DNA of 64,000 nt from Octopus bimaculoides. Taxonomy: Eukaryota. Every line of letters starts with the position of its first letter. Position 1 is the first letter of the stretch. The translations under genes and the position numbers were made by a program. The stretch covers positions 66,338,523 through 66,402,522 of the forward strand of contig NC_068991.1 in the NCBI RefSeq assembly GCF_001194135.2, read 5' to 3'. The notes beneath the pieces are model-generated. The model was not told where the DNA came from, did no database searches, and saw only the letters and a program-made list of their open reading frames with translations. Positions 38,421 through 51,222 of this stretch are shown here, in pieces.

Positions 38421-40233
38421 ATATCTGCAGATGCGCCAACGATTATGCCACTTTCACATCCGCAGAGAAAAGCCTGAGATGAAGAGTTTTTTCTCAAAAA
38501 CACAATGCGTCGCCCGTCCGGGAATCGAATCTATGATCCAGCGATCGGGAGTACAACTCCCTAACTAGTAGGTCACGAGCCTTCACAAAGTACGATATAA
38601 CAAAAAAGGGAGTTGGGGTGGGATTTGTTCTTTCCCTTAGTCAAAACTGTAATTCTTCAGTTTTGACTATTTTTCTAATAAAAAAAATATATTTTTCAGA
38701 TTTACGTGTATATATTACGCATATTTTTTCGAACAATCTTAATCTTAAATTTTTAAAACAATTCTGAAAAAAAAAATTTTTTTTAAATGTATGTCAAAAC
38801 TGGAAAATTACCAAAGGGTGGGGGGAGAGGAAGGGCCAAAAATCTTCTCTCACCATTTTTTTTTTCGGAATCGTAATCTGCGACACTTGAAACATGCACA
38901 TCCGAAAATTACGGTTTTTGGCATACTAAATAATTTCTGACACTAATTTATAGGAACACCTATGTGTGTGAGTGTGTGTACGTATATGTTCTTTCTCTTT
39001 TTAATCCAGGCTAAATTTTGACCGGTCACCTATTTGGTAGCAAGGTTGTGAGTGACAGAAAGCGTCTTGTTTTGTTCACCAACCTTTAAATCTTGTAGAT
39101 TTTTATAGTCCCAGATGTAAGTATGTATGTTATGTATGTACATGCATACAAAAGAGCGCGCATACATACATACACACACACATACATACATATCTATCTA
39201 TATATATAGAGAGAGAGCCACCCACTCAATAAGTTCCCCTCTGCACTTGTGGCAGCCGCCGCTACTTTGAACGAACGTCAAGTAAGAATTGTTGTGAAAA
39301 CTGTCATAACCAATCGCACAATGACAAGCAGACCAAACAAGATTCGAGTAGGTCAGATGTAGAATTTCGCATCGATCGAACGTAAGAGTCCTGAAACAGT
39401 CACCAACTAATTCAGCTGTAGTTTTTGAGAATATCACGTTAATTAACAAATTAATCGCAATTATTATTAGTGATGCAAGCAAATCCCGATGGAAGGTTAG
39501 AATATATTATTAGCTTAATTAATAAATAATATTGCCTTAAAAATACCATTTCTTACACAATTTCATACACAAGTGAAAGCATATTTTGCGTGTAAAGATT
39601 AAGAAAACAATAGAGTAGTTTAATTAAAAATATGCTTAATTGCAGTCAATAATATGTTTATATCTGTCCGTTATCCGGCAAGTAGATTAAAAAAAAACAA
39701 ACTGGAATTACAATGAGAACGAGATTCCTTAAGACGTCCGTTCTAATAAGCAGTATATCCCAGTTAAACGAAAACTATCCGAGAGATAGTAATAACAGAG
39801 GAGGAATAACGATACACATCGGATTCTTAATTAAGTAGTTATTCGTTTATTAAAAGAAGTGCGGCGAAGACGACAACAACAATAATAATCTATTTGCCAC
39901 AGGGACGTCGGATGAAGGGCATATTACAAAGACAGAGAAGAAAGAAAATTTGAGGAACCCTTAGTTTCTCTGTTATGACTTGCTCTCTCAGCATAAAAAA
40001 ATCGGCATAATATCGGCCTGTCGAAATGGTAACGATAATAATAACATTGATAATTTCACATATTTTCTAATACTAAATTCTAACTTAATCACATAGCGAA
40101 TTTTCCTTTTCTTTTTTATACTTGTAGAAGGGTAACTCAATACGATAGCATTCGGTCTGGTTCTTATTTTATCGATCCGAAGATAAAAAAAAAAGTTCTT
40201 TATTTGCGTCAAGGGCAACACACACACATACAC

Positions 40234-40269
<36 letters not shown>

Positions 40270-40583
40270 NNNNNNNNNNNNNNNNNNNNNNNNNNNNNNN
40301 NNNNNNNNNNNNNNNNNNNNNNNNNNNNATATGAATTATTCTAGTACATTGGTGAGAAAAATAAACAAAATGACAAACGCCTTACGTAGTATTAATCTTC
40401 TATTATAATCTCATTCGCATCTAGGATGCTTTACAGGATTATTAAATCAACTCCAATACTTTTATTTTATTTTTATTTTATCGATATCAGAACGATAAAA
40501 AGCGAAGTTACCTGGGTGGCCGTGAATTACAAAATATAAATAAATCAATAAATCTAAAAGAAAGAAAAATCGTATATGCGTAC

Positions 40584-40979
40584 CTTCGGTCTTTTCCATT
40601 CGATGCTACGCCTTTGTCCACCATCCAAGAAAAGGGAAGTGTTATCGGCTGGAAATTCCGGATCTTCAAACAGAATACCTTCTTCTTGGCATTTTTTGAC
40701 TATCTCGTCATAATTCTGTTGTTCCATACTGGCAAAGGGGTTTTCCCTTTGTTTCCTGGACGATCTTCCAATTACACTGTGATGTCTATCACCTTTCCCA
40801 GGTAATCGGATACTAATTCCTTCACCGCCCTTTTGGCCAGGTAGTTGTATAGGTATCTTAAAACCCCCTAAGCCAGAGTCACCGAAGTCAATGTTAAACT
40901 GTCCACCACTGCCCATGCTAAATGTATTGGAGCCACTTTCACCCACGCCGAATATTTTAGAAAAACTTTGAGAAAACAT
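40584..40979 (-). CDS. Calpain (CysPc cysteine protease) gene, first coding exon, 132 codons, phase-0 donor
   Basis: Translation MFSQSFSKIFG...QQNYDEIVKKCQEEGILFEDPEFPADNTSLFLDGGQRRSIEWKRPK matches the calpain pre-catalytic motif (QxYxxIxxxC...LFEDPEFP...WKRP). The ORF-track start at 40994 is TTG; the first in-frame ATG is 40979. The exon ends AAG|GTACGC (GT at 40583-40582), the same WKRPx| intron position as in vertebrate calpains. Confidence 0.92.
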
Positions 40980-41170
40980 ATTTGAAAAATGCAAAAAGAA
41001 GGATAATAGGAAGCTAGTACTCCGAATAAGACTGGAGTAAAAATGAGTCGGTAGTGGTGCTACTGTTGATATATTTTAGTTTAGTGCTGTGTAGTTGCTA
41101 GCTTATGACTGATTGGTCGACAACAGCCCAAGACAGACCGCCACACCGACAGACAGCTATTTTACTTAGT
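40980..41170 (-). promoter_or_regulatory. Putative 5' UTR/proximal promoter of calpain with NF-Y-type CCAAT box (GACCAATCAG, 41109-41118)
   Basis: Non-repetitive, CpG-retaining sequence immediately upstream of the ATG with an RRCCAATCAG match. TSS not determined. Confidence 0.35.
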
Positions 41171-41688
41171 TATGTATCGCTTTCCTTCTGGCGAAGCAGT
41201 CATGTGAAATTAGGAGTGTTAAAGCAATAAGAAATACTAATGCTGAGAGGGAGAGAGAGAAAGGACGAAAAACAAAACTAACTAGGTAGAGAGCGAGAAA
41301 GAGAAAGAGTACTAAGGAATGACAAAGAAAGAGAGAGATTAGACACGGTGACTGAGAGAAAGACAGAGGTAGACACGGTGCCTGTGAAAGAGAGAGAGAG
41401 AGAGTGACGGCGTATTTGAGAAAAAGACATAGATACTGGAAAGGGAAAGAGAGAGAGAGGTAGAGAATGTGTGTGTGCGTGTGTGTGATTTTATTAGCGA
41501 ATGTGTTTACGAGTTTGTTAAAATGAAAACAGAATCACATCGTGTGTAGAAGCGAAGCGATAGAAGTCAATATAAGAACCAATGAGGCAGTCGCTACGTG
41601 CTCGTACATTTAGCAAGAAATAACAATCGAATTTTCTTTAAATTACACCTTATAAACTTAAAAAAGTAATCGTATTATTATTATTATT

Positions 41689-41894
41689 AAAGCGCGGTGA
41701 GCTGGCAGAATCGGTAGATTAGCTTAGAGGTATTTCGCCCGTCGCTACGTTCTGAGTTCAAATTCCGGCGAGGTCGACTTTACCTTTCATTCTTTCTGGG
41801 TTGATAAATTAAGTACCAGTCAAATACTGGAGTCGATGTGATCGACTTTCCCCCCTCCCCCAAAATTTCAAGCCTTGTGCCTATAGTAGAAAGG
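41689..41894 (+). mobile_element. SINE family C with (ATT)n tail
   Basis: GAGCTGGCAGAATC...GAGTTCAAATTCC...GGTCGACTTTACC...AGTAGAAAGGATT(ATT)n. Confidence 0.85.
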
Positions 41895-41943
<49 letters not shown>

Positions 41944-41945
<2 letters not shown>

Positions 41946-42499
41946 GAGTGAGAGAGCAGTGCATGCCATCAAAGTGACACTGGGGTAAAATATATGAAGC
42001 CCATTATACCCATCATGACGACCCATCTGATAAGGGTACACCAGGCACATGCATCACAACCATATGTGCGTGACATGGTGATCTCATATCAAGATAAATA
42101 GCGCATGACCTTGCAGGTGGGACCCAGTTAAAATTTTCTTCATGCTAATTAGCCCATCCCGCTCAAAAGGTTCCTGAATAAGGGTTGTTTGAGTATGTTG
42201 AACGAAACACCCATGTTTCCAAAGGTGAATTATCCAAACTCCAAAGAATTCCTCTCAACACATGGCTATGATGCTCCCCCACTACTTCTGCTCGTGATCA
42301 GAGATGCACATATCGTCAACCACTAAGGGATATGCTCAACTGGTTAAGGTCAAGTAACTAACAAGCAAGTCTGTGGTATTGAGCAAAATATTTGCTGTAG
42401 CCCATCTTTTTATATCAAGACAAAACAATGTACATGATAACACTTCCAATCAGTTAAGATAAGAAGCATGAGAGCCACTACCTGGTACTGCATCTGGGC

Positions 42500-42502
<3 letters not shown>
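41944..42502 (-). mobile_element. Family F element, second full copy, flanked by (TTA)n
   Basis: Same 5' end (AATGCCC.GATGCAGTACCAG) and 3' end (GCTCTCTCACTC) as the 20842 copy. Confidence 0.8.
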
Positions 42503-42560
<58 letters not shown>

Positions 42561-42562
<2 letters not shown>

Positions 42563-45530
42563 AGGAAACAATGGCTAGGTGCACGTAGGGTAAATTGGCT
42601 GGTTTAGATGGTCTGCCCTATGAGCTTTACGCTTACATGCCAGACTTGTTCCGTGGCCTCTTGGCAAACGTTTACTGCAACTGGCAACAAAACAGAATTC
42701 CCAGTTTTGTGAGCCGAGGAGCGGTGGCTTTGCTAAGAAAAGATCCGAACAAGGAGGATTGTATTGACAACTTTAGACTCATAGCTCTGCTGAATGCAGA
42801 GTTCAGAATTTTGGCCAAGGTATTAGCTACGAGGTTGGCGCTTGTCATCGGTGATCTGGTAGGAGAGGCACGGACATGCGCCATCCCGAAAAGATCCATC
42901 CACGACAATCGCCACCTTATGCGATACATCATTAAGAAAGTGGCTAAAGAACTTGGCACGGGTGTAGCCCTAATCAATTTAGATCAATCTAAAGCTTTTG
43001 ATAGGGTCGACCATCTATACTTGATGGTGGTCCTCAAGGCGGGCAGTTTCGGGCCTGTATTCAGGGGCTGTAATGCACAGCGACATCTATTCAGTGGTCA
43101 GAGTGAATGGTCAACTCTCAGAATCGTTCAACATCATGCACTCAGTCCGGCAAGGTTGCCCCTTCCATCTCTATTGTATTTACTGACTCTCGAGTCACTA
43201 CTACACAAATTGGAAGTGTTGAAAGGCATCCCGCGTGACTTAGGATGTGGGAGATGCGTGTCGGCATATGCCGACGACGTCACTGTAGTGGTGTCGGATG
43301 ATAAACACATAGAAACGATCGGCATCGTTCTCAGTGACTACCAGGAAATATCAGTGGGCTTGCAGCTCGGCACCTAGAGAAGCAAGTCCATGCTAACCAA
43401 CTGCGTCGTTGGGCGCTGAACAGACGAATCGGTTAAATTGCTCGGGGTTTGGTCCAGACCTCCAGATGGACAAAAATTGGGGCGAGATAACAAACAGAGT
43501 AACTACTCTTACCCAGAAATGGGCCGAGAGAAAGCTGTCTCTGAAAGGTCAGGCGTATATCGCGTTCGTCATCTACTATCGCTTGACTGTCGTGCCTTGT
43601 TCTGGGCACCGTCTGATTAAGCTGGAGCGTATACTCTTCGGCTTCTTGTGGAGGGACCTCGATGATCAGGGGGTCTATCTGTTGTCAACGCCCGTTGAGT
43701 GGTGGCCTGGGCATACCGTGGTTGATGATGCGCAGACATGCGCTGAGGCTACGACATCGCCAGTGCTTTTTTGACGGTGAACAGATGTCGCTATTCGCCA
43801 GACACGTATTTCCACAGCTAAGTTTCCTTAACGGAGCACTAGTCCTGGTTAAAAGAGAGACCGAGATGAGGCATTTGGAAAGTGCTACATCATAGAGAGA
43901 ATGGATAACAAATCTGGTGTCGGTAGGGCTCCGATCAATTTAGATCAATCCAAAGCCTTCGATAGGGTCGACTGTCGCTACTTGGAAGCAATCCTAAAAG
44001 CAGCCGGTTTCGGACCCGTTTTCAGTGGCTGGATCGCAGCAATGTATAATGGTACTTGCTCAGTGGTAAAAGTAAACAACCTTGTCCCAGTCCAGGTTTG
44101 GCCGAACTGGAGCGTTTACTTTTCTGCTTCCTGTGGAAAGGACATGTTCTACTGGTCAGGCTATCCATCTGTTGTGCCAGCGCCCTCTGGGTAATGGGCT
44201 TTGCATGTCATGGTTGCAAATGGGCAGACACGCGCTACGGCTACACCACTAACAGATTTTCAGGGACGGTGAGCCGGTGTGTTTTCCGTTTGTAAGACAC
44301 GCGTTTCTGCAACACATCTTTTTGACGGAGCTGCGATACTGGGTAAATAAAAGACCAAGATTAGGCACCTGACATCTGGAATACCCTCAGGCACTCACTG
44401 CTTTCTACCAGTCGAGCAATATGGTCGGTGGAAGTTCTACAGTACCAATATATAGACATCTAGTGTTGCGTAGGAAAAATGATGTTCTTGGAGAAACTCT
44501 AGGCATTGACAAGGGTGAACTAGCTGGTCTATTTCGGAGGACTTTCAGGCTCGGTACTACCATGGATAACTTTTCCAGAAACCCCTAGCTTTACAGTGCA
44601 ACTGAGGAACAATGACAGTTCAGGATATTGCCAGATTATCCGTGACTTTACAAGTTTTCCACAAACGGAAAGTCAACATCAAATTCTCCTGGGAAGATAT
44701 TGTGACATTTGCAAATGATGTCAGGTCTGAAGAAGTCATAGAAGATGATGTAGTTGAGTAGCTAGTGCACCATAGAGAATGTTATGTAACGAGGAACTGG
44801 TGTTGTGAGAACAAGAGCAAGCGATGAAGCACTCGTCAGCGGGACTGTCCGAGATGCGCAGAGAGTGAGGAAACTGTTCTGCACGCACTCGTGCAGTGTC
44901 CGAGTATTACTGACTTTTGGAGTTATGTCGAACAATTGTTAATCACGTGTGGGACGAATTTGACTATCGGCCGAATCGATCGTGAGGATCGCTCAACTAC
45001 CTACCTTTAACAAGGCAAGGGAGGCAGTGTTCCTCTGTCCAGTGACCATGGCGAAAGAGGTTGTGTGGTGGTCGAGGCTAAAGGAATTAAGGAAAGACAT
45101 TCCTCTTCTGTCAAGCTCTCATTGACTTTTTAAAGTTCCACTTGAAAAGGAAAGTAAGAATGGCGAGATAAGTGCTCTCCTCCGGTGAATTTGTGAACTA
45201 ATGGGTAACTGTGACAAAAATGGTTAGATTGAATGGCCCCGCTCTAAATATGCGACTGTACATTAAGAGCAGCAGAGAGGGCTTGTACTTTCCAAGGTCA
45301 AGGTAATCCTGGATCTGTGGGGTTCCTTGATTGACTCTATTTGGAGTTTCTCCTATATCAGGAGGACTACATCGTTCCTGTTATCGGATATTTTGTATAC
45401 CAAGTACGCTTTTATCTCATTTCACTGTCTCTTCCATTTCTTTCTCTCTTTCCCAATACATATTGTCGTCTGTCCTCGTGATGACCCCATCGTCTATGCC
45501 CCTGTGGCTAATAAAAGAAGTCATCATCAT
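42561..45530 (+). mobile_element. 5'-truncated, degenerate L1/Tx1-clade LINE (RT, partial RT duplication, C-terminal CCHC finger, 3' UTR)
   Basis: Motifs GLDGLPYE, NFRLIALLNAEFRILAKVLA, LDQSKAFDRVDH, YADD (42595-43377), KWAERKLSLKG...ILFGFLW, GGLG, and CPRC..ETVLHALVQCP (from 44846). AATAAA at 45510. Frameshifts and stops throughout. Confidence 0.9.
44606..44830 (+). mobile_element. Tigger/pogo-like transposase C-terminal fragment embedded in the Tx1 LINE
   Basis: Frameshifted translation QIIRDFTSF...WEDIVTFANDVRSEEVIEDDVVE*LVHHRE/MLCNEELVL*EQEQ resembles the Tigger post-DDE region (DFxGF...EEVxEDDVxELLxSHxExLTNEEL). Confidence 0.65.
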
Positions 45531-45544
45531 CATCGTCGTCATCG

Positions 45545-45615
<71 letters not shown>

Positions 45616-45989
45616 AGGGCGCACGGCCTATTGGTAAGGGTGTTGCACTCACGATCTAACGATCGTGATTTCAATTCCTAGACCGGGTGGTGCGTTGTGT
45701 TCTTGAACAAAACACTTCGTCTCACGTTGCTTTACGATCACTTCGACACCTGACGCGCCGTACACCATGCACCTGTTCAGACAACGTCGATTTGATGGAC
45801 AAAGCGAGCTAATAATGTGCGGCACGAACATTTGATCGCTATAAACAAATCATTTGTGCTGGTCGTTCGGCAACATTCTCAGTACAATATGTATTCGCAA
45901 AAAATATTTGAACAGAAATACGTGAAGGACTAAATACGAATCATAATATCGTAACAAGTTACGTTCTTACCACAAGAAAGATATTGGTT

Positions 45990-46400
45990 ACTGTGTGAGG
46001 GATGGAGGTGGATTGAGAGTTGCTGAATGGATGAAGGACACCATCCTTTATCTTATCATCATCAGAAGCATGTACTTCAGGGGCGAAGAACTAATCCAAA
46101 GATGTTTGATGTCTATGGTGTGTTATGTCTTTGTACAGCTCGGTGTAGTAATTGAGTTCACTGTAAACTCCTCTATGTTGCATTCTTGGTTCAGTTTGTT
46201 ATCAACAAAAAATTCCAGACCTTCCTCTATAAGTGCCAACCCTTTGGTAATACTCTTTCCAGTCAATTTAGGTGAAGACGGTGGAATTCCTGTATTCTCA
46301 ACCGTTTTCACTGCTTGCTCTTGTTCTAACAACATCGGCTCCTCGTTACATAACATTCTCTATGTAGCACCAGCATTAGTACGGACGACATGCAGCTTGC
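45990..46400 (-). mobile_element. Tigger/pogo-like transposase extreme C-terminus (degenerate)
   Basis: MLCNEEPMLLEQEQ...SITKGLALIEEGLEFFVDNKLNQE, then after a frameshift YYTELYKD...QTSLD*FF, matching the Tigger1-type tail (...YRxIYxEKK...QTSLDRFF). Confidence 0.75.
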
Positions 46401-48381
46401 AAGATTAGAACCCCCAAGCTCGGTTTTATGTCAGGAGCGGAGGAGTTAAGAGATCAGGGAAGAACAGATTTCTTGTGTAGAGAGGCCACATAGCTACTCA
46501 CATTTTAGAGGAGAGGGTGGGGTGGAGTACGGGGTAGAGTATGAAAGAAATAAAAATATCGGTGATGAGTTACAAATGTGGACACCGAAGGTACGAAGTG
46601 AGTAAATTTATTTATTTACCCTTTCGTGTTGAGCTCACAGACGTTGTATTCATGTAGACTGACTTTAATTTCATGATACCAATTGGCCATCGTTAGTCGT
46701 TTTGAGTTTACATTTGTTTTGCTTGTTTACAACATTGTAGACATCGATGTCATCATTTCACCTGTTTGTTTTCTTCTCTCTTTCCTTTCCTTTTATTTAT
46801 TCGTTTATTTTATTTAGTGTTTATTTAAGACTACCTCCCTCTTTCTGATCGTTGTGTATAAAAAATGTAAGGAAAATAACATTTTCCTTACATTTTATTC
46901 ACAAGGAAAATAAACATTTTTTTATTATGGTTTAAGTCTCTAGAATTTGGTTTCAGCTGTATAGACTAATTATAAGCGTACAAAGAACGAAGAAAAATGC
47001 GGGAGGGTAGGTATGTAAATGATAAACAAAAAATAATCTTGTTTAGCGGCATTTTGTCCGTCTTTACGTTCTGAGTTTAAATTCCACCGAGGTCGACTTT
47101 GCTTTCATTCCTTTGGGGATCGATAAAATGAGTACCAGTTGAGTACCAAGGGTACTTACCCATTACCCCGAAATTGTTGAGCTTATGTTAGAATTTGAAA
47201 CCAATCTTGATAAATTTCGAATCAACTATCTAAGGTTCTACTGATACTAGTATAATAATAGTAGGAGAATCTTATGAATGTGAATAAATGTAATTACATA
47301 CTTACGGATACACACAAGTATATATTCATACACACACGCGCGCTCATATATGTACATACACGAACTAATACATACGTACACACATGCATCAATATACGCA
47401 AATATATATACGTGTGTGTGTATATATATATGTATGTGCATGTACATACACACACATATTCACATATGTACACATCCATGCACGAATGTATATATATATA
47501 TATCTAAAACTAGCTTAAGTGGGGAAGGATAATATTTATTTTGTGTGTTTGTGTGGTGCATTGTTGCCAAACCATTCGCTCTACGGTTTACACTGTGTAT
47601 ATTGTGGTATGCAGACTGATTCAGTAACTTGTCTAAGTATCGTATCATATAGATTATGTAGATATAATACTCCTGCTGATTCTGTTGACTGAACCATTGT
47701 ATTTATTTAGTGTGGTCATTTCAATATTCTCTGTATCATTTGCTTATACAACGAGTAATCTCTTCTCTATAAGTTTCAGGGAGGTAAGCACATGTTTCTT
47801 AAAGGGACGGTATAGAGTATTTTCTTACTTTACGGTTGAAACGTCGGTTGGGGGCAATTACCTTCACCGAAGTCCATGGCAAAAGGTAAGACTTACGGAT
47901 AATCGATTTATTAAATCGATTATTTATCTATTTTTCTATTCTCTCTGACTTTGATTTGAAGGTTAAATTCTCGACTCTCATTATATTTTGCTGTTTCTTG
48001 GGAGAATCATTATGCCAATAATAACACACACAGAGAATGGAACATTCTCTTTTTTATTGTTTGCCAATTCGTTAAATATCTAACCAACTAACTAATCAAT
48101 CGTTTGTTTAATGTGCTGGTTATACAATCAATTGATTAGTCAAAGTCCTTTCGGCGCCATTCGCGACCTTTTCAGTGAGTTAATGACTTCCCGTCTCACT
48201 CCAAGGTCTGGTCTGAGTCTGTCTGAAAATTGGTCTTATGCTTGTATATATGCATGCTTGTACGTGTGTGAAATCTCGCAAACCAAATACAAAATTTCAT
48301 TATATTGTTTTTAGCCAATTCACTATTATTATATCATTATTCACTATTTAGCCAATTCACTATCAAATATTGTCTCGGATA

Positions 48382-48435
<54 letters not shown>

Positions 48436-48477
48436 CATTTTTGTTGTTGTTTTTGTTGTTGGTGGTATTATTATTAC

Positions 48478-48532
<55 letters not shown>

Positions 48533-48560
48533 ATTTTTGTTGTTGTTTTTGTTGTTGGTG

Positions 48561-48617
<57 letters not shown>

Positions 48618-48663
48618 GTTTGTCTTTTGCTTTCAGGAACATACATCACATCCATATACGCAC

Positions 48664-48905
48664 GACATAGTAATCTCATATCAAGATAAACAGCGCATGA
48701 CCTTGCAGGTGGGACCCAGTTAGAATTTTCTTCAGGTCGAGTAGCCCATCCTGCTCAAAAGATTCCTGAATAAGGGTTGTTTAAGCATGTTGAACGAAAC
48801 ACTTATGTTTCCAGAAGTGAATTATTCAAACTCCAAAGAATTCCTCTCAACACATGATTATGATGCTCCCTCGCTACTTCTGCTCATGATCAGAGATGCA
48901 CATAT
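48664..48905 (-). mobile_element. Family F internal fragment
   Basis: Colinear with 42072-42315; lies next to (ATT)n arrays at 48385-48615. Confidence 0.75.
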
Positions 48906-49385
48906 TGTTCTTTGCCTCTTTAAACATTTTGGGACTGTCTTTATGTATGTAGCCTGGCAACTGTATCTGAGAGATAAAACGCTGAATGCATTTTAGAGTT
49001 AGCTTTATTCTTTTTATCTATTTTTCTTGTTTCAGCCATTGGACTGCGACAAGGGTTTTAGTCAGACAAATATATCCCAGTGTGTATGGGTTATTTTTTC
49101 AAAGTATGTTACTAATTCTATTCTTTTCTTTTTGTTACCGAACCGCTAAGTTACGCGACGTAAACAAACCATCATCGGTTGTGAAGCAGTGGGTAGGGTG
49201 GGGGTGACAAACACAGACACAAAGGTACACAGACATGCATACATATATAAATATATAAATGTATATATATATGTATTTATGTATGTACGTATGTATGTGT
49301 CTGTCTGTCTGTCTGTTTGTTTGTCTATCTATCTATCTATCTATCTGCCTGTCTGTCTGTCTGTCTGTCTGTCTATATATATCTC

Positions 49386-49601
49386 CATTATTTACAATGG
49401 AAGGATAGGTGTCCTCACCTTGTTTGTTTTACCACAACGTTTTGGCTGATGTACTCTCCAGCCTTCATCAGGTGTTCTGGTGGAATTTCGAACCCAACCC
49501 TTCCACCAGAACACTTGATGAAGGCTGGAGAGTACATTAGCCGAAACGTTGTGATAACAACAAACAAGGTGAGGACACCTATCCCTCCATTGTAAATAAT
49601 G
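49386..49601. repeat. Near-perfect inverted repeat, ~100-bp arms, 15-nt spacer
   Basis: 49386-49485 is the reverse complement of 49501-49601 with few mismatches. Confidence 0.95.
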
Positions 49602-49805
49602 CACATAATTCCTCATCTCAAAAATACAGAATAGTATCTATCTATCTATCTATCTATCTATGTTGTTTATCAATCACTACTCCGAATTTCATAGACACGC
49701 TCGCACGCACCAGCCTAATTTTGTAGACGTTCGTTTGCCTAATAGATCAGGCACGTGCTCAGACGTCTGAATAATGACTGAAAGCTATTAACTGCTCAAG
49801 TGCAA

Positions 49806-49848
<43 letters not shown>

Positions 49849-50036
49849 ATTTTTGTTGAATTTTTTGTTGTTGTCATGATGCCATAATCAATTCAAGATA
49901 GTTTTATCTTAAATGCTACTCGAAAAAAGTTGATGGACGAAAATAAAATATGAATAAAGAAAAATTCCTATTAGTACTAGAGCTAGCTAAATCATTCTCT
50001 CTGTGACTCTCTCACGTTTTCCTTTCTCTCTCTGTC

Positions 50037-50191
<155 letters not shown>

Positions 50192-50226
50192 CTTTGTATG
50201 TATGTACACAAAATATCGACAGAAAG

Positions 50227-50605
50227 CTAGATGTGTTTTACCAAAGATGCTTGAGAAGGATTCTGAGAACGTACTGCCAAGACCATGTAACCAAGGAAGA
50301 CATTTTAAGGTGATCTCATGCGAGACCACTTAGCGAAATCCTCACAGAATGAAGCTTAAAACTAGCAGGTCATATAGTTCGGCTATCAGAACAACACCAT
50401 TCTAAGTCAATTTTCAAATGGATACCAGTGGAGGGAAAAAAATAAGAGAGAAAGACCGGAAACTACATGGCACAGAACATTTATAAACGACAGGGAAGAC
50501 GTTAATAACACATGGTCGGATGTAGAGAAAACCGCTGCTAACAGATACAGCAACGTCAACTTGCTGCCCGTTGTGTCCGAGAGCACAGCAGGAACTGATA
50601 CTATA
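50227..50605 (+). mobile_element. RTE-clade LINE ORF2 3' end (degenerate)
   Basis: LDVFYQRCLRRILRTYCQDHVTKEDILR*...LAGHIVR...KWIP..G...RPETTW...TW..A.NR is the characteristic RTE C-terminal pattern. Confidence 0.8.
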
Positions 50606-51222
50606 TATATAAGTCACAAAATATATAATTTTAAGTTCTGTTTTTCCTTATAAGAATCGAAAAGTAAATTAAGTACAAGGCTGCAAAAGAAGTGCTCAAG
50701 TAAAATCTGAGACAAGACAAACTTAGTGGTTAAAAAAAACATACGTATATATACACATAAAAAAAAACACGTGTGAAAACCTGTAAAAAAGCGTATGTAG
50801 AAAAACGTATGAAGAAAATGTGAATATATATAGCGAGGCGATTAAAAATAATATAGTTAGATTATTAAATGTAAAGTGAATCCGGGATAAAATCCATCGT
50901 CAAGTCCAAAAGAAAAAGGAATCAGGGATAATGTAAGAATAAAACCAGGCCTACGGCCGTTTCAAGAGTTACTGCCGCAATCCATTACACATTAAAGCAC
51001 CAAATCGGCAGTGGCCCCATCAACATTTATATATGTGTATATATATACACATACATACTTATTTGAACTATATATATATATATGTAAGTAATTATTTGGG
51101 TACATATCTATTTGTATGCCGATTAAAGCACATTCACCGTTTGGGCTACCTGATGTCATCAACAGTTACGGTATAATTTTCGCTGGATCTACATCAAGAA
51201 TTCCGCAGTGTTCGTTTAGTTT

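Larger units (their letters stand above)
1..40583 (-). other. Probable first intron of the calpain gene (continues beyond the left edge unless exon 2 lies in an N-gap)
   Basis: Canonical GT donor. A manual search for exon-2 motifs (FDxxQG, GDCW) on the minus strand found none. The region is CpG-depleted like a methylated gene body. Confidence 0.6.

Noticed and set aside
46584-46595. 12-mer ACCGAAGGTACG identical to the calpain exon/intron junction, on the opposite strand
   Set aside because: Flanks show no calpain similarity, and a 12-bp match is compatible with chance.
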